Source: an uncultured Gammaproteobacteria bacterium
GTDB taxonomy: Bacteria; Patescibacteriota; Microgenomatia; UBA8517
Reading direction: 5' to 3'
DNA: 43,631 nt
Assembly (NCBI GenBank): GCA_964502815.1
Contig: CAZCXV010000006.1
Span: 1 to 43,631 of the forward strand
Position 1 is the stretch's first letter. Each line of letters starts with the position of its first letter. The position numbers were made by a program, and so were the translations under genes. Below, piece by piece: positions 1-8,409 of the stretch. Under the pieces are notes generated by a model. That model made no database searches, was not told where the DNA came from, and was given only the letters and a program-made list of their open reading frames with translations.

Positions 1-21
1 CGCGGTAAGTGCTTGGTTCAT
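1..21 (-). CDS. 5' end of a gene running off the window (MNQALTA...), possibly heat-inducible repressor HrcA or another CIRCE-regulated chaperone-operon gene
   Basis: ATG at 21 lies 6 nt below a -10 box, and a CIRCE-like element covers the promoter. 'LTA' fits the HrcA N-terminal 'LTxRQ' pattern, but only 7 codons are visible. Confidence 0.35.
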
Positions 22-27
22 TTAACA

Positions 28-63
28 TTTATATCATTGGCACTATGGAGTGTCAAGTGCTAA
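28..63 (-). promoter_or_regulatory. Sigma70 promoter overlapped by a CIRCE-like (HrcA) operator
   Basis: The minus strand reads TTAGCACTT-N9-TAGTGCCAA (63..37; consensus TTAGCACTC-N9-GAGTGCTAA). It contains TTGACA (56..51), then a 17-nt spacer and TATAAA (33..28). Confidence 0.75.
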
Positions 64-78
64 GAACTCATCTAGAAA

Positions 79-1788
79 TTACAGACTAGTGTCGTTTTGG
101 GGGGTAGAAATCATCTCCTGCTGAGGTTTAAGACTTACTGGGTGGAACTTTTTGATAAGCCTCACAAATACTTTCAATTCCTGAGACCCCAGGATCCAGG
201 AAACAAAAATATAAGTTAAAAAACCAATCACAGATACACCAATAACCAGAATTATTAAGTTAAAAGTATATCTGGTATCCAAAACAAATCTTTGGAAAGG
301 GATTTCCTTTTGACTATCAACACTATTTAAAAAAGATAGTCTTTTAATCCAAACTGATCTATCAAAAAACTTGACTAGGAAAAAGGTTAATGTTCCAGAG
401 ACAAAAGCTGCCGCCAAACTTTTTAAGATTGGTCCAATTGACCCCCAAAAAGTTAAGTTGGCAAGCTTTGTCTCAAGGACTAAAAACAGTAATATGCTTT
501 GGACAATTACACCCGTTGAAAAAGCTGCTGCCAAAGACCAGGCAGGAAGGTGCATACTATGAATAAATACGAAAGAAAGCGAGGTTGAAATAAGTACCCC
601 GACAATAGAAATGAAAACCGGAGTTTTGGTATCATGGAGGGCATAATAAGCTCTGCTCAAGATAGCAACCGCTGCCTGAAAAGGAATTCCCACTGCAAAG
701 GCCGAGAGGGCCAAACTGGTTTGGATAGTATCCTCCCATTCAAAAATATCAGTTCCAAAAGCCAATCTGACTATTGGAACCCTAAGAACTACAAAAAGAG
801 CCGCAACCGGAAAAATTAAAAACATTACCTGGTAAATAGTAGACAAAAGCGTATTTTTAAACTCTTCATGGTTGTCTTCCTGTTGCGAAAGAGTGGGCAG
901 TGCCGCTTTGGCAACAGTTGTTCCAAGAAGGCTAACGGGCAAAAGCTGCAGAGTGTTGGCCAAAGTTAGGTAGGTGTAGGAAGCCGAAGAAATAATCGAG
1001 GCCAAATTAAGTTCAACTATTTTTGCTCCCTGCTGAAAAAAAACATCTAAAAGCCGTGGCAATGCCAGTCTGCCTATTTTTCTCACCTCGGGAGAGGGTG
1101 CAATTTTGGCCGAAAATCTAAAGCCCATTTTAACGGCAAAGGGTAATTGAATAAGAAGGTGTAGCAAAGCTCCAATCACCGCCCCCACGGCTGGCGCCAA
1201 AATTCCCAACTGAGGCGACAAGAATATTGTCGAGAGGATAATTCCTAGATTGTAAAAGAGTGGAGCTAAGGCGGGAACTAAAAACCTGTGCAAAGATTCT
1301 AAAACGCCGGTTAAAACATAACTGACAATAAAAAATGCTTGGGCAAAAAATAAAATTCTTGAAACAACTGCAATAGTTTCTATTTGCGAATCTGCAAATC
1401 CAGGGGTAATTAAGTTATAGATAGGATGAGCAAAGAGACCCGCTAAAAAAGCAATTGGCAAATAGATAAGTAAACCCAGATTTACAACCCGACTTGCAGT
1501 ATCCCAAGCTTCGCCATTTCCCCTTTTAATCAATTTGGCGAAAACTGGAATAAAGGCTGAAGAAAAAGTTCCAAAGACTAAAATTTCAAAAATGGAATCT
1601 GGGAGCCTGAAGCCGGCAAAGAAAAGGGCTGACTCACCTGATGGAAAAAAGTGAGTGATAGTTCTGACTCTGACGTAACCCAACAGTCTGGAAACAAGCA
1701 TCATGACCATAATAATGGTGGCAGCGGATAAAATGGTCGTCTGGGGGCCAAAAAGAAACTTTTTTCCCTTGTTTAGAATTTCATTCAT
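79..1788 (-). CDS. murJ: Lipid II flippase MurJ/MviN
   Basis: 569 aa polytopic membrane protein with SRLLGYVR, FRLPD, SSAFIPVF, APLFYNLGII, QLLPVSLLG and RAYYALHDTKTP motifs. Confidence 0.93.
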   Translation of the reverse strand: MNEILNKGKKFLFGPQTTILSAATIIMVMMLVSRLLGYVRVRTITHFFPSGESALFFAGFRLPDSIFEILVFGTFSSAFIPVFAKLIKRGNGEAWDTASRVVNLGLLIYLPIAFLAGLFAHPIYNLITPGFADSQIETIAVVSRILFFAQAFFIVSYVLTGVLESLHRFLVPALAPLFYNLGIILSTIFLSPQLGILAPAVGAVIGALLHLLIQLPFAVKMGFRFSAKIAPSPEVRKIGRLALPRLLDVFFQQGAKIVELNLASIISSASYTYLTLANTLQLLPVSLLGTTVAKAALPTLSQQEDNHEEFKNTLLSTIYQVMFLIFPVAALFVVLRVPIVRLAFGTDIFEWEDTIQTSLALSAFAVGIPFQAAVAILSRAYYALHDTKTPVFISIVGVLISTSLSFVFIHSMHLPAWSLAAAFSTGVIVQSILLFLVLETKLANLTFWGSIGPILKSLAAAFVSGTLTFFLVKFFDRSVWIKRLSFLNSVDSQKEIPFQRFVLDTRYTFNLIILVIGVSVIGFLTYIFVSWILGSQELKVFVRLIKKFHPVSLKPQQEMISTPQNDTSL

Positions 1789-1816
1789 AGTTTATTTGAA
1801 TTTTGATTTGCTTTCA

Positions 1817-1824
1817 ATTATACT
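1817..1824. promoter_or_regulatory. Overlapping bidirectional -10 boxes for rpsT (+) and murJ (-)
   Basis: ATTATACT gives TATACT on + (1819-1824, 6 nt before the rpsT ATG) and TATAAT on - (1822-1817). Confidence 0.55.
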
Positions 1825-1830
1825 TCCCCT

Positions 1831-2088
1831 ATGCCTGTAACCAAAAGTGCCAAAAGAGCCTTGAGAGGATCCAAGAGAAAAGAGACAATGAATAAAGTCA
1901 TTTCCTCAAAACTTGAAATAGCAACTCGTTTGGCCAAAAAAAATAAAAGTAAGAAAGCTGTGGAAAATGCCATGTCTCTTGCCGACCGAGCTGCGAAAAA
2001 GAAACTAATTCACAAAAATAAAGCTTCTAGAATTAAAAGCGTCCTTTCTAAGCTTTTAAGTAAGACCGCCAAGGCAGTTAAAAAATAA
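1831..2088 (+). CDS. rpsT: 30S ribosomal protein S20
   Basis: MPVTKSAKRALR...DRAAKKKLIHKNKASRIKS signature; small basic protein. Confidence 0.95.
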   Translation: MPVTKSAKRALRGSKRKETMNKVISSKLEIATRLAKKNKSKKAVENAMSLADRAAKKKLIHKNKASRIKSVLSKLLSKTAKAVKK

Positions 2089-2092
2089 GTTT

Positions 2093-2935
2093 TTACACCT
2101 GTCCTCGTTCCAATCTTCTTGAAGCCTCAAATTGTTCAACAGTTCTCAAAAAACGTTTTGGGTTAACAGATACACCCTCCCAATAAGGATCCTCCAATAA
2201 GTGCCTATCGTGAGTTACAATAAGGTTTCCCTGGCAAGCGATTAAACACTGTGGATATTTGTTATCTGTAAAGTCTCCAATGACTGGTTCAACTTCACCA
2301 CAATTAGAAACATCACCAATATTTATTGCCATACTTATGATTTCTTCCAGAACCTCAAACTGAGGTTCTGACAAAAGTCTCCTACCTACAGTGTAATATT
2401 CCTCAAGGATTTCTCCACTTACATACCAAACTACTACCCTGTCTCTTAGTAAAGATATTATTTTTCTACAAGCGCTGTTGTATCCTTCGTGTCTAGGATC
2501 TATACCTGTATAAAGAATATTTGCATCGATTACCGCTCTAAATTTACCTTCAGTTTCTTCTCCAAATACACCTCTATCTGGATTTCGTAGCACAGGTTGA
2601 AGTATTGGTGACAACTGTTCAAGTCTTCTAATAACCTCCCCGGTAATCTGGATATTTTTACTACTAGTACGTTGTGAACGCGGTTTTCCTGAACGAATTT
2701 TTTGTTGGCCTTTTGGGGATACTAATTCACATCCTTCTGGCAAGAGTTCTCCTATACGTGCTGGAAAAATGCCAACTATTTCACCATATTCATCTCTTTG
2801 TAACCAAAGGCCTTGATTCCACCACCAACTTTGCCATTTTTTAAGCAACTTTTCGACATCTCCTTCTTTTTTCTGAGCTAAATCTGCTAAATTTCTTTGC
2901 AGTTCTTCTTCCTTGGGATTTAGCCTTTCTGTCAT
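2093..2935 (-). CDS. PIN-domain (putative TA toxin-type) nuclease with a long N-terminal extension
   Basis: The C-terminal half carries the PIN acidic residues: AVIDANIL, VSGEILEEY, DFTDNKY, IVTHDRHLL. ATG 2935 was chosen because the 3031 start overlaps the next gene. Confidence 0.75.
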   Translation of the reverse strand: MTERLNPKEEELQRNLADLAQKKEGDVEKLLKKWQSWWWNQGLWLQRDEYGEIVGIFPARIGELLPEGCELVSPKGQQKIRSGKPRSQRTSSKNIQITGEVIRRLEQLSPILQPVLRNPDRGVFGEETEGKFRAVIDANILYTGIDPRHEGYNSACRKIISLLRDRVVVWYVSGEILEEYYTVGRRLLSEPQFEVLEEIISMAINIGDVSNCGEVEPVIGDFTDNKYPQCLIACQGNLIVTHDRHLLEDPYWEGVSVNPKRFLRTVEQFEASRRLERGQV

Positions 2936-3015
2936 CTTTCTAAGAAAGGATAATACTACAAACCAATTTAGATTTCTCTCACCAATTTTCATATGATATA
3001 TTGAAGCAGTCGCCC

Positions 3016-3573
3016 ATGCCTGCCAAAACAAAAAAAAGCCAATTGATTAACCTTCTCCCCCAAGAGGAATTTGCAGCCTCAACCTGGGGAAGAGTTCTGG
3101 CTTGGCTTTTGTCCACTTTTAGAACCATCGTCATCATTTCGGAAATGATTGTCATGGGAGCCTTTCTTTCCAGATTTTGGCTGGACGCCAAAAATACTGA
3201 TTTAACAGATGCAATCATTCAAAGGACGGCAGTTGTCTCCTCATATGCAAATTTTGAAGCAGATTTCAGGTCAGTCCAAAAAAAACTGACTATTTTTGGA
3301 CTTTTGGCTGACCCCAAGCCAGATGCACAGAAAATAATCGAATCTACTGGCGCAATTCTTCCTTCGACTATGAGTTTAACCTCAATTGCCTTCACTCCCC
3401 AAAACACCACTTTTAAAGGCTTAAGCTCAACAGAAAAAGACCTTGCTACTTTTAATGCCAGTCTTAAAACCACAGAATTATTTACTGACGTTACCATCAG
3501 CCAAATATCTTTAGATGAAACTGGAACTTTAATCAATTTTGACGTCAAGGCACTAGTAAAGGAAGGGCTTTAA
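3016..3573 (+). CDS. Type IV pilus assembly PilN-like protein
   Basis: INLLP N-terminal motif (PilM-binding), single TM, coiled coil, and a ferredoxin-like C-terminus. Confidence 0.75.
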   Translation: MPAKTKKSQLINLLPQEEFAASTWGRVLAWLLSTFRTIVIISEMIVMGAFLSRFWLDAKNTDLTDAIIQRTAVVSSYANFEADFRSVQKKLTIFGLLADPKPDAQKIIESTGAILPSTMSLTSIAFTPQNTTFKGLSSTEKDLATFNASLKTTELFTDVTISQISLDETGTLINFDVKALVKEGL

Positions 3574-3574
3574 A

Positions 3575-4234
3575 ATGGCCATTAATATCACTACCAATAT
3601 TGGAAAATATAAAAATTACTTCCAGGATATTAGGATTTTCTATGAACAAAGGCAGGATGTTAAAATTTTTTTAGAGATCTTGCTGTCTTTGGCCACAATT
3701 ATCTTGTTTTCCATTTTTGCAATTAGACCAACACTTTTAACCATCGGTCAACTTTTGACAGAAATTCAAAACAAAGAGGTAACCGTCGCCAAGCTCAATG
3801 AAAAAATTGAAAACCTAAAAACTGCCCAGGTAGTCTACGAATCTTCAGGTGGGGTGCTCTCTCTCTTGGATACCGCGATTCCAAGTGAAACAGAAATAGA
3901 AAAAGAAGTCAGACAGATTGAGGGTCTAGCTCAAAAAAACACTGTGACTTTGAGTTCTGTGAGTATTTCTGAAACACCTTTAAAGGGAATCGTAAAAACC
4001 GGCACAGAAACAAAAGACCTAGCAGTTTTGCCAACCGGGTCAGACAGTTTTAATATTTCCCTTAACGCTTCGGGGGGCTATAAAAACCTGATCACTTTTT
4101 TAAGAGATCTCCAAAACCAAAGACGGCCAATGGTTGTTGATCAAGTTTTACTTAATAGCCAATTATCTGAAGATACACAGCAAATACTTATGACTATTAA
4201 AGGCAGAAGTGTTTTTGAAAAGAAAGACAGATGA
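3575..4234 (+). CDS. Type IV pilus assembly PilO-like protein
   Basis: TM followed by a coiled coil, AIP motif and GGYKNLITFLRDLQNQRRPMVV PilO-type motif. Directly follows the PilN-like gene. Confidence 0.75.
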   Translation: MAINITTNIGKYKNYFQDIRIFYEQRQDVKIFLEILLSLATIILFSIFAIRPTLLTIGQLLTEIQNKEVTVAKLNEKIENLKTAQVVYESSGGVLSLLDTAIPSETEIEKEVRQIEGLAQKNTVTLSSVSISETPLKGIVKTGTETKDLAVLPTGSDSFNISLNASGGYKNLITFLRDLQNQRRPMVVDQVLLNSQLSEDTQQILMTIKGRSVFEKKDR

Positions 4235-4575
4235 AAAAACAAATTAAAGCACCGGCAATTGTAACTATTGCAGTTTTGACTGTGATTACTGTTGTTTTCT
4301 GGATTGGCTTTGAAACTTTTAGATTAGTTACTAAAAAACCGGAAGCTCCAGTTCCACCAGAAATTATTGCCCCATTAAACCCAACACTTGATGCAAACGT
4401 TATTACTAAGCTGCAGCAAAGGGTCTATTTAAAGGAAGAAGAAATTGGTAATATTATTATAACTAAGGTTTCTGAAGAACCAGCAAGTAGTCCTGAACCT
4501 CAGGAGGGTGGTGTTTCAACATCCACTCCTGCTGCAACTGCCGCAGGACAAATAGACACAACCGGTACACAATGA
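4231..4575 (+). CDS. Small single-TM protein in the pilP position
   Basis: ATGA overlaps at both ends; N-terminal TM and a PLNPTLD motif. Confidence 0.65.
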   Translation: MKKQIKAPAIVTIAVLTVITVVFWIGFETFRLVTKKPEAPVPPEIIAPLNPTLDANVITKLQQRVYLKEEEIGNIIITKVSEEPASSPEPQEGGVSTSTPAATAAGQIDTTGTQ

Positions 4576-5879
4576 AGAAAAACTTAAAACTGCCAACAAT
4601 AATCGGAATAATTGTCTTGATTCTAGGACTGGGAGCGGGGCTTATCTTATTGCAATTTAGAAACAATATTCTTTTTAATTTGAAGGCCTCCCCGGATAGA
4701 GACCCCAAGGAAGTAAAAGTGACAAATATTTCGGATAAGTCGTTTACTATTTCCTGGATTACTGATAAAACTACCGTCGGCTATGTTGTTTTTGGTGAAA
4801 CTATAGGAAGCTTGAGCCAAAATGCGCCAGATACCGATGACAGCGCTAAAACAAGCCATTCTATAACCCTGGTTGGTTTGAAACCCACAACCGACTACTA
4901 CTTCAAGATAAACTCCGATGGCGCCTTAAAAGACAACAATGGCATTGCTTGGAAAACTAAAACTGGGACAACTATTTCAACCTCAACCAATACCCAAATT
5001 GTTTCAGGCAGCGTTGTCACCCAGACTGGTCAACCACTACCCGACGCTTTGGTCTATCTAAACACTGGAAGTTCAAGCATTATCTCAACCAAAACTTCCG
5101 CCAATGGTAATTTTGTCATTCCATTGTCAAAACTCAGGAATTCTGACCTTTCGGGTTACCCTGTTTTAACTGCCAAAAGTCTAATTGAAATCCTGGTGCA
5201 GTCAGGAACCGGGGCAATTGCCACAGCTCAAATATATCTTGAGGCGACAAATCCAGTGCCTGCGATGTCCATTGGCCAGAATTATGATTTTAGAGACGAG
5301 GCTCCAAACAACACTATCTCAGAAAATCCAGAGGCAAATGTAAATATTCCCCAGGCTACACCTGCAAACTCTGGTTTTAACTTAGGGAATACGGGAAGCC
5401 CGGCTCCAGCAGGGAGCGTAACTCTTGAGAGTATTGACCAGGGAGAAAAAGTTACCACTACCACTCCTGAGTTTTTTGGCGAAGGCTTGAAAGGAACTGA
5501 AATCACAATTGAAATTCATTCGACAGAAAACATTACAGGCAAAGTTGTCGTCGATTCTAAAGGAAATTGGACTTGGGAACCCCCGCAAGGCCTGTCTCCT
5601 GGAAGTCACACAATTACTCTTAAATGGAAGGATGCCCAGGGCATACTTCGAACTCTAACTAGATCCTTTGTAGTCGAAGCCTCGAGCGGTCCAGCATTTG
5701 TCGCCACTCCATCGGGGTCTCCAAAAGCAACGGCTTCGGCAACACCAAGGATCACTAGACCGGCAACAGATTCTGGAACACCAGTTGCAGGAATTGCCAC
5801 GCCTACCTTAGTTTCGTTTTCTATTGGATTTGCATTCTTAGCATGTGCTATATTTATTGGTAAGAAATCGTTTGATTAA
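4572..5879 (+). CDS. Surface protein: FN3 domain + carboxypeptidase-regulatory-like + Ig-like (Big) domain, C-terminal TM anchor
   Basis: N-terminal TM; VKVTNISDKSFTISWITD...GLKPTTDYYFKINS (FN3); PEFFGEG...VDSKGNWTW...GSHTITL (Ig-like); TPVAG followed by a hydrophobic tail. Confidence 0.8.
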   Translation: MKKNLKLPTIIGIIVLILGLGAGLILLQFRNNILFNLKASPDRDPKEVKVTNISDKSFTISWITDKTTVGYVVFGETIGSLSQNAPDTDDSAKTSHSITLVGLKPTTDYYFKINSDGALKDNNGIAWKTKTGTTISTSTNTQIVSGSVVTQTGQPLPDALVYLNTGSSSIISTKTSANGNFVIPLSKLRNSDLSGYPVLTAKSLIEILVQSGTGAIATAQIYLEATNPVPAMSIGQNYDFRDEAPNNTISENPEANVNIPQATPANSGFNLGNTGSPAPAGSVTLESIDQGEKVTTTTPEFFGEGLKGTEITIEIHSTENITGKVVVDSKGNWTWEPPQGLSPGSHTITLKWKDAQGILRTLTRSFVVEASSGPAFVATPSGSPKATASATPRITRPATDSGTPVAGIATPTLVSFSIGFAFLACAIFIGKKSFD

Positions 5880-5885
5880 ATAAAT

Positions 5886-7085
5886 ATGGATGACTCTGCC
5901 CAAAATCAAAATGCAAATTTAAATCCACAAACAAGTGTGGTGTCACCTCCTATTCCAGAAACGCCTCAAGTAGTTGCCGATGCTGCCAATACAGCGTTTC
6001 CAGCAGATGACCACACCACCATGAACAATACTTTTCCACCCACAGAAAGTGCAGAAAATTCACCTCCACCACCACCTCCGCCACCAGTAATTGATGGCAA
6101 TCTCAGTTCTTCTGGACCAAATCCAGATTCCATACCGCCATCAACAGTAGAACCTTCTTTTATTCCCACATATCCAAAATCAGGCAGTAACGCCAAAAGA
6201 TGGCTCGGGGCAGTTGCAGGATTGATGGTTTTAGTCTTAGTGATGGCTGTTGGCGTAGCAACTGTTTTAAAACCAAAACCAACGGAAAAGTCCAAAGCAG
6301 CCACAGCGGCTGAAATGTGCCCTCCAGCCGGTTGTGACACCAGTCAATCTTGTTGGGTTGCCAGTACCCAAAATGCCTGCTTTAAAAACGGCCAACCAGA
6401 AGGTTCTACCGAAACTTTTTGGGGAAATGATAATTGGGACGGAAATGTTTGTTACACCTGTGATGAAAATTCAGATGAGGAAGGAACTGAGAGGTGTTCT
6501 ACAGGAATTTATATCGGAGGTAATTCTGATAAATGTCCGGGTGGACCAAATCCAACTCAACCGCCTGGTGGAAGAACTTGCCAGGATCCCGATGTCTGCC
6601 CTGGAAACGGCAGTGACGGAAATCCTTTGACTTGCAAACCAACGCAAGACTGCGCATATGATAATGGCAGTGGCTACTGGTACTGTACAGGTAGAGCCGA
6701 ATGTAAAACCGATGGCACACCAAAACCAACTAATAGTCCTACGCCGACCCCTGGCCCAACTGACACTCCAACTCCTGGTCCTACTCTTCCTCCAGAAGTA
6801 GGAGCTTGTGAACAGGTAAAAATCTATGATACCAGCTGGAATCTATTAACTGCTGCCCAGCTTAAAAACCTAAAAACTGGGGATATTATTAGAGTAGCAG
6901 CCTCGGGAACACCGGCTGAGAAATTTGATAAAGCCAGGTTTATTATTAATGGAACGACCAGGGCAGAAGTCACTCAGAAAAAACCAAATACTAATGAATA
7001 TTATGATGAATACACAATTCTAGATGGCGTGACAACCTTTAGTATCAGTGCCCAGATTCACCACCTTGTGTTAGGATGGTTTTAA
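5886..7085 (+). CDS. Single-pass membrane protein with Pro-rich cytoplasmic N-terminus, Cys-rich ectodomain, PT linker and conserved-looking C-terminal domain
   Basis: Poly-Pro tract, TM near aa 107-128, many Cys, and a PTPTPGPT linker. Confidence 0.75.
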   Translation: MDDSAQNQNANLNPQTSVVSPPIPETPQVVADAANTAFPADDHTTMNNTFPPTESAENSPPPPPPPPVIDGNLSSSGPNPDSIPPSTVEPSFIPTYPKSGSNAKRWLGAVAGLMVLVLVMAVGVATVLKPKPTEKSKAATAAEMCPPAGCDTSQSCWVASTQNACFKNGQPEGSTETFWGNDNWDGNVCYTCDENSDEEGTERCSTGIYIGGNSDKCPGGPNPTQPPGGRTCQDPDVCPGNGSDGNPLTCKPTQDCAYDNGSGYWYCTGRAECKTDGTPKPTNSPTPTPGPTDTPTPGPTLPPEVGACEQVKIYDTSWNLLTAAQLKNLKTGDIIRVAASGTPAEKFDKARFIINGTTRAEVTQKKPNTNEYYDEYTILDGVTTFSISAQIHHLVLGWF

Positions 7086-7091
7086 AATAAA

Positions 7092-8399
7092 ATGAATTTA
7101 AACAAAAAAAACATACTATCAATTATAATTTTAATAGGTACGGTTCTCTTGGGAGGGTTTGCAATCTTTACTGCAATTAGGCTTTACCAATTAAGAAATC
7201 AATCTGTTGCCCCAAATGTTCCAAGTTCTAAGCCAGCTGCTCAAACAGTGGCAACTTACCCCAGAACTCAAACTGTGGTCTTACCAAAGTTTAACAAGGA
7301 TGAATGTCCTTGGAGGCAAGGAGACAATTTGGCCAAAAGGGATGGCTATTCCAGAGCCAGAATTTCCAAGACGGTTGATTTCTCATTAATGCCAAACTGT
7401 ACCTTAACAGGAGGTAATGTAAATACTTTAAATAGACCGGGCAACTACCTTTATGATGATACCTTGTTTATAACAATTGACAACAAAGTTCTGGCCGGAA
7501 CCAATACTGTTGTTACCCCTCTGGGTGGAATTGGCAGTGCCTTTGATTGGGAAAAAATAAAAGACACTAGGCAATATAGCCAAAGGCAAGAAACAAAAAT
7601 CATTTGTATTGGTTCAACTTGTGAAGCTCCTTATACTTTCAAACACACAAATGGAGACAAGCAGCCTTTAGTAAATATCAGTCTTTCTGAACAAAACTTG
7701 GCAACACTTTTAAATACTGCAAATTCCACTCACACCTTTGGGGCAACGGTAGTCGGAGATACCGATTCAGACACTGACTGCAAACTGCAGCAGGACTTAA
7801 TCTTAACCCTCAACTATTCCTGCCAGGCAGATGTTATCGCTTGTGAGGAAGTGGTCTTTACTATTAACACCCCAACCCCAACTGCCTCACCTACTGCTCC
7901 ACCTGTAGCTTGTAATTTAGCTTGTACTACTGGAAATGACAGCCAGTGTGCCGGTACTCTGGAATGCATCAACAATATTTGCCGAAACCCCAACTGCGAC
8001 ACTGAAACAGACTGCGTCTGTAATGAAAGTACACCAACGCCAACGGCTACACCAACAACTAGCCCAACGGCAAGCCCAACTTCTACTCCTACTGCTACTC
8101 CAACTATTACTCCTACGCCAACACCGGTTATTAGCTGCAATGATACTTGCTCACAACCTTCAGACTGTTCAAATGGAACAACCTGCACGGGAGGCAGATG
8201 TAGAAATGCAAGCTGCAGTTCGGAAACCGATTGTATTTGTCCAAGCAGCGCCACTGCAACACCTACACCAACGAGCGGAATAACAACGACTAGGACGTCT
8301 GCCCCCGAACTTCCAGAAGCTGGGATTTCTACACCAACCCTGATTGGAGGAATAGCTGGAATACTTCTTTTAATAGGAGCAGTACTTTTGGCTATCTAG
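7092..8399 (+). CDS. Surface protein with a globular domain, two 8-Cys repeats, PT-rich linkers and an LPEAG+TM C-terminus
   Basis: N-terminal TM, repeated Cys module, and an LPEAGISTPTL-hydrophobic tail. Confidence 0.8.
   Translation: MNLNKKNILSIIILIGTVLLGGFAIFTAIRLYQLRNQSVAPNVPSSKPAAQTVATYPRTQTVVLPKFNKDECPWRQGDNLAKRDGYSRARISKTVDFSLMPNCTLTGGNVNTLNRPGNYLYDDTLFITIDNKVLAGTNTVVTPLGGIGSAFDWEKIKDTRQYSQRQETKIICIGSTCEAPYTFKHTNGDKQPLVNISLSEQNLATLLNTANSTHTFGATVVGDTDSDTDCKLQQDLILTLNYSCQADVIACEEVVFTINTPTPTASPTAPPVACNLACTTGNDSQCAGTLECINNICRNPNCDTETDCVCNESTPTPTATPTTSPTASPTSTPTATPTITPTPTPVISCNDTCSQPSDCSNGTTCTGGRCRNASCSSETDCICPSSATATPTPTSGITTTRTSAPELPEAGISTPTLIGGIAGILLLIGAVLLAI
7911..8240 (+). repeat. Two copies of an 8-Cys protein module (7911-8021 and 8136-8240)
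   Basis: C-x3-C-x(5-7)-C-x5-C-x4-CRN-x2-C-x2-ETD-C-x-C occurs in both copies, separated by a Thr/Pro linker. Confidence 0.85.
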
Positions 8400-8409
8400 T
8401 TTTAAGTAA

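Noticed and set aside
6720-8130. ccaac/cctac-like short repeats as a possible CRISPR or tandem DNA repeat
   Set aside because: They encode Pro/Thr linkers with synonymous variation; there is no constant repeat-spacer pattern.
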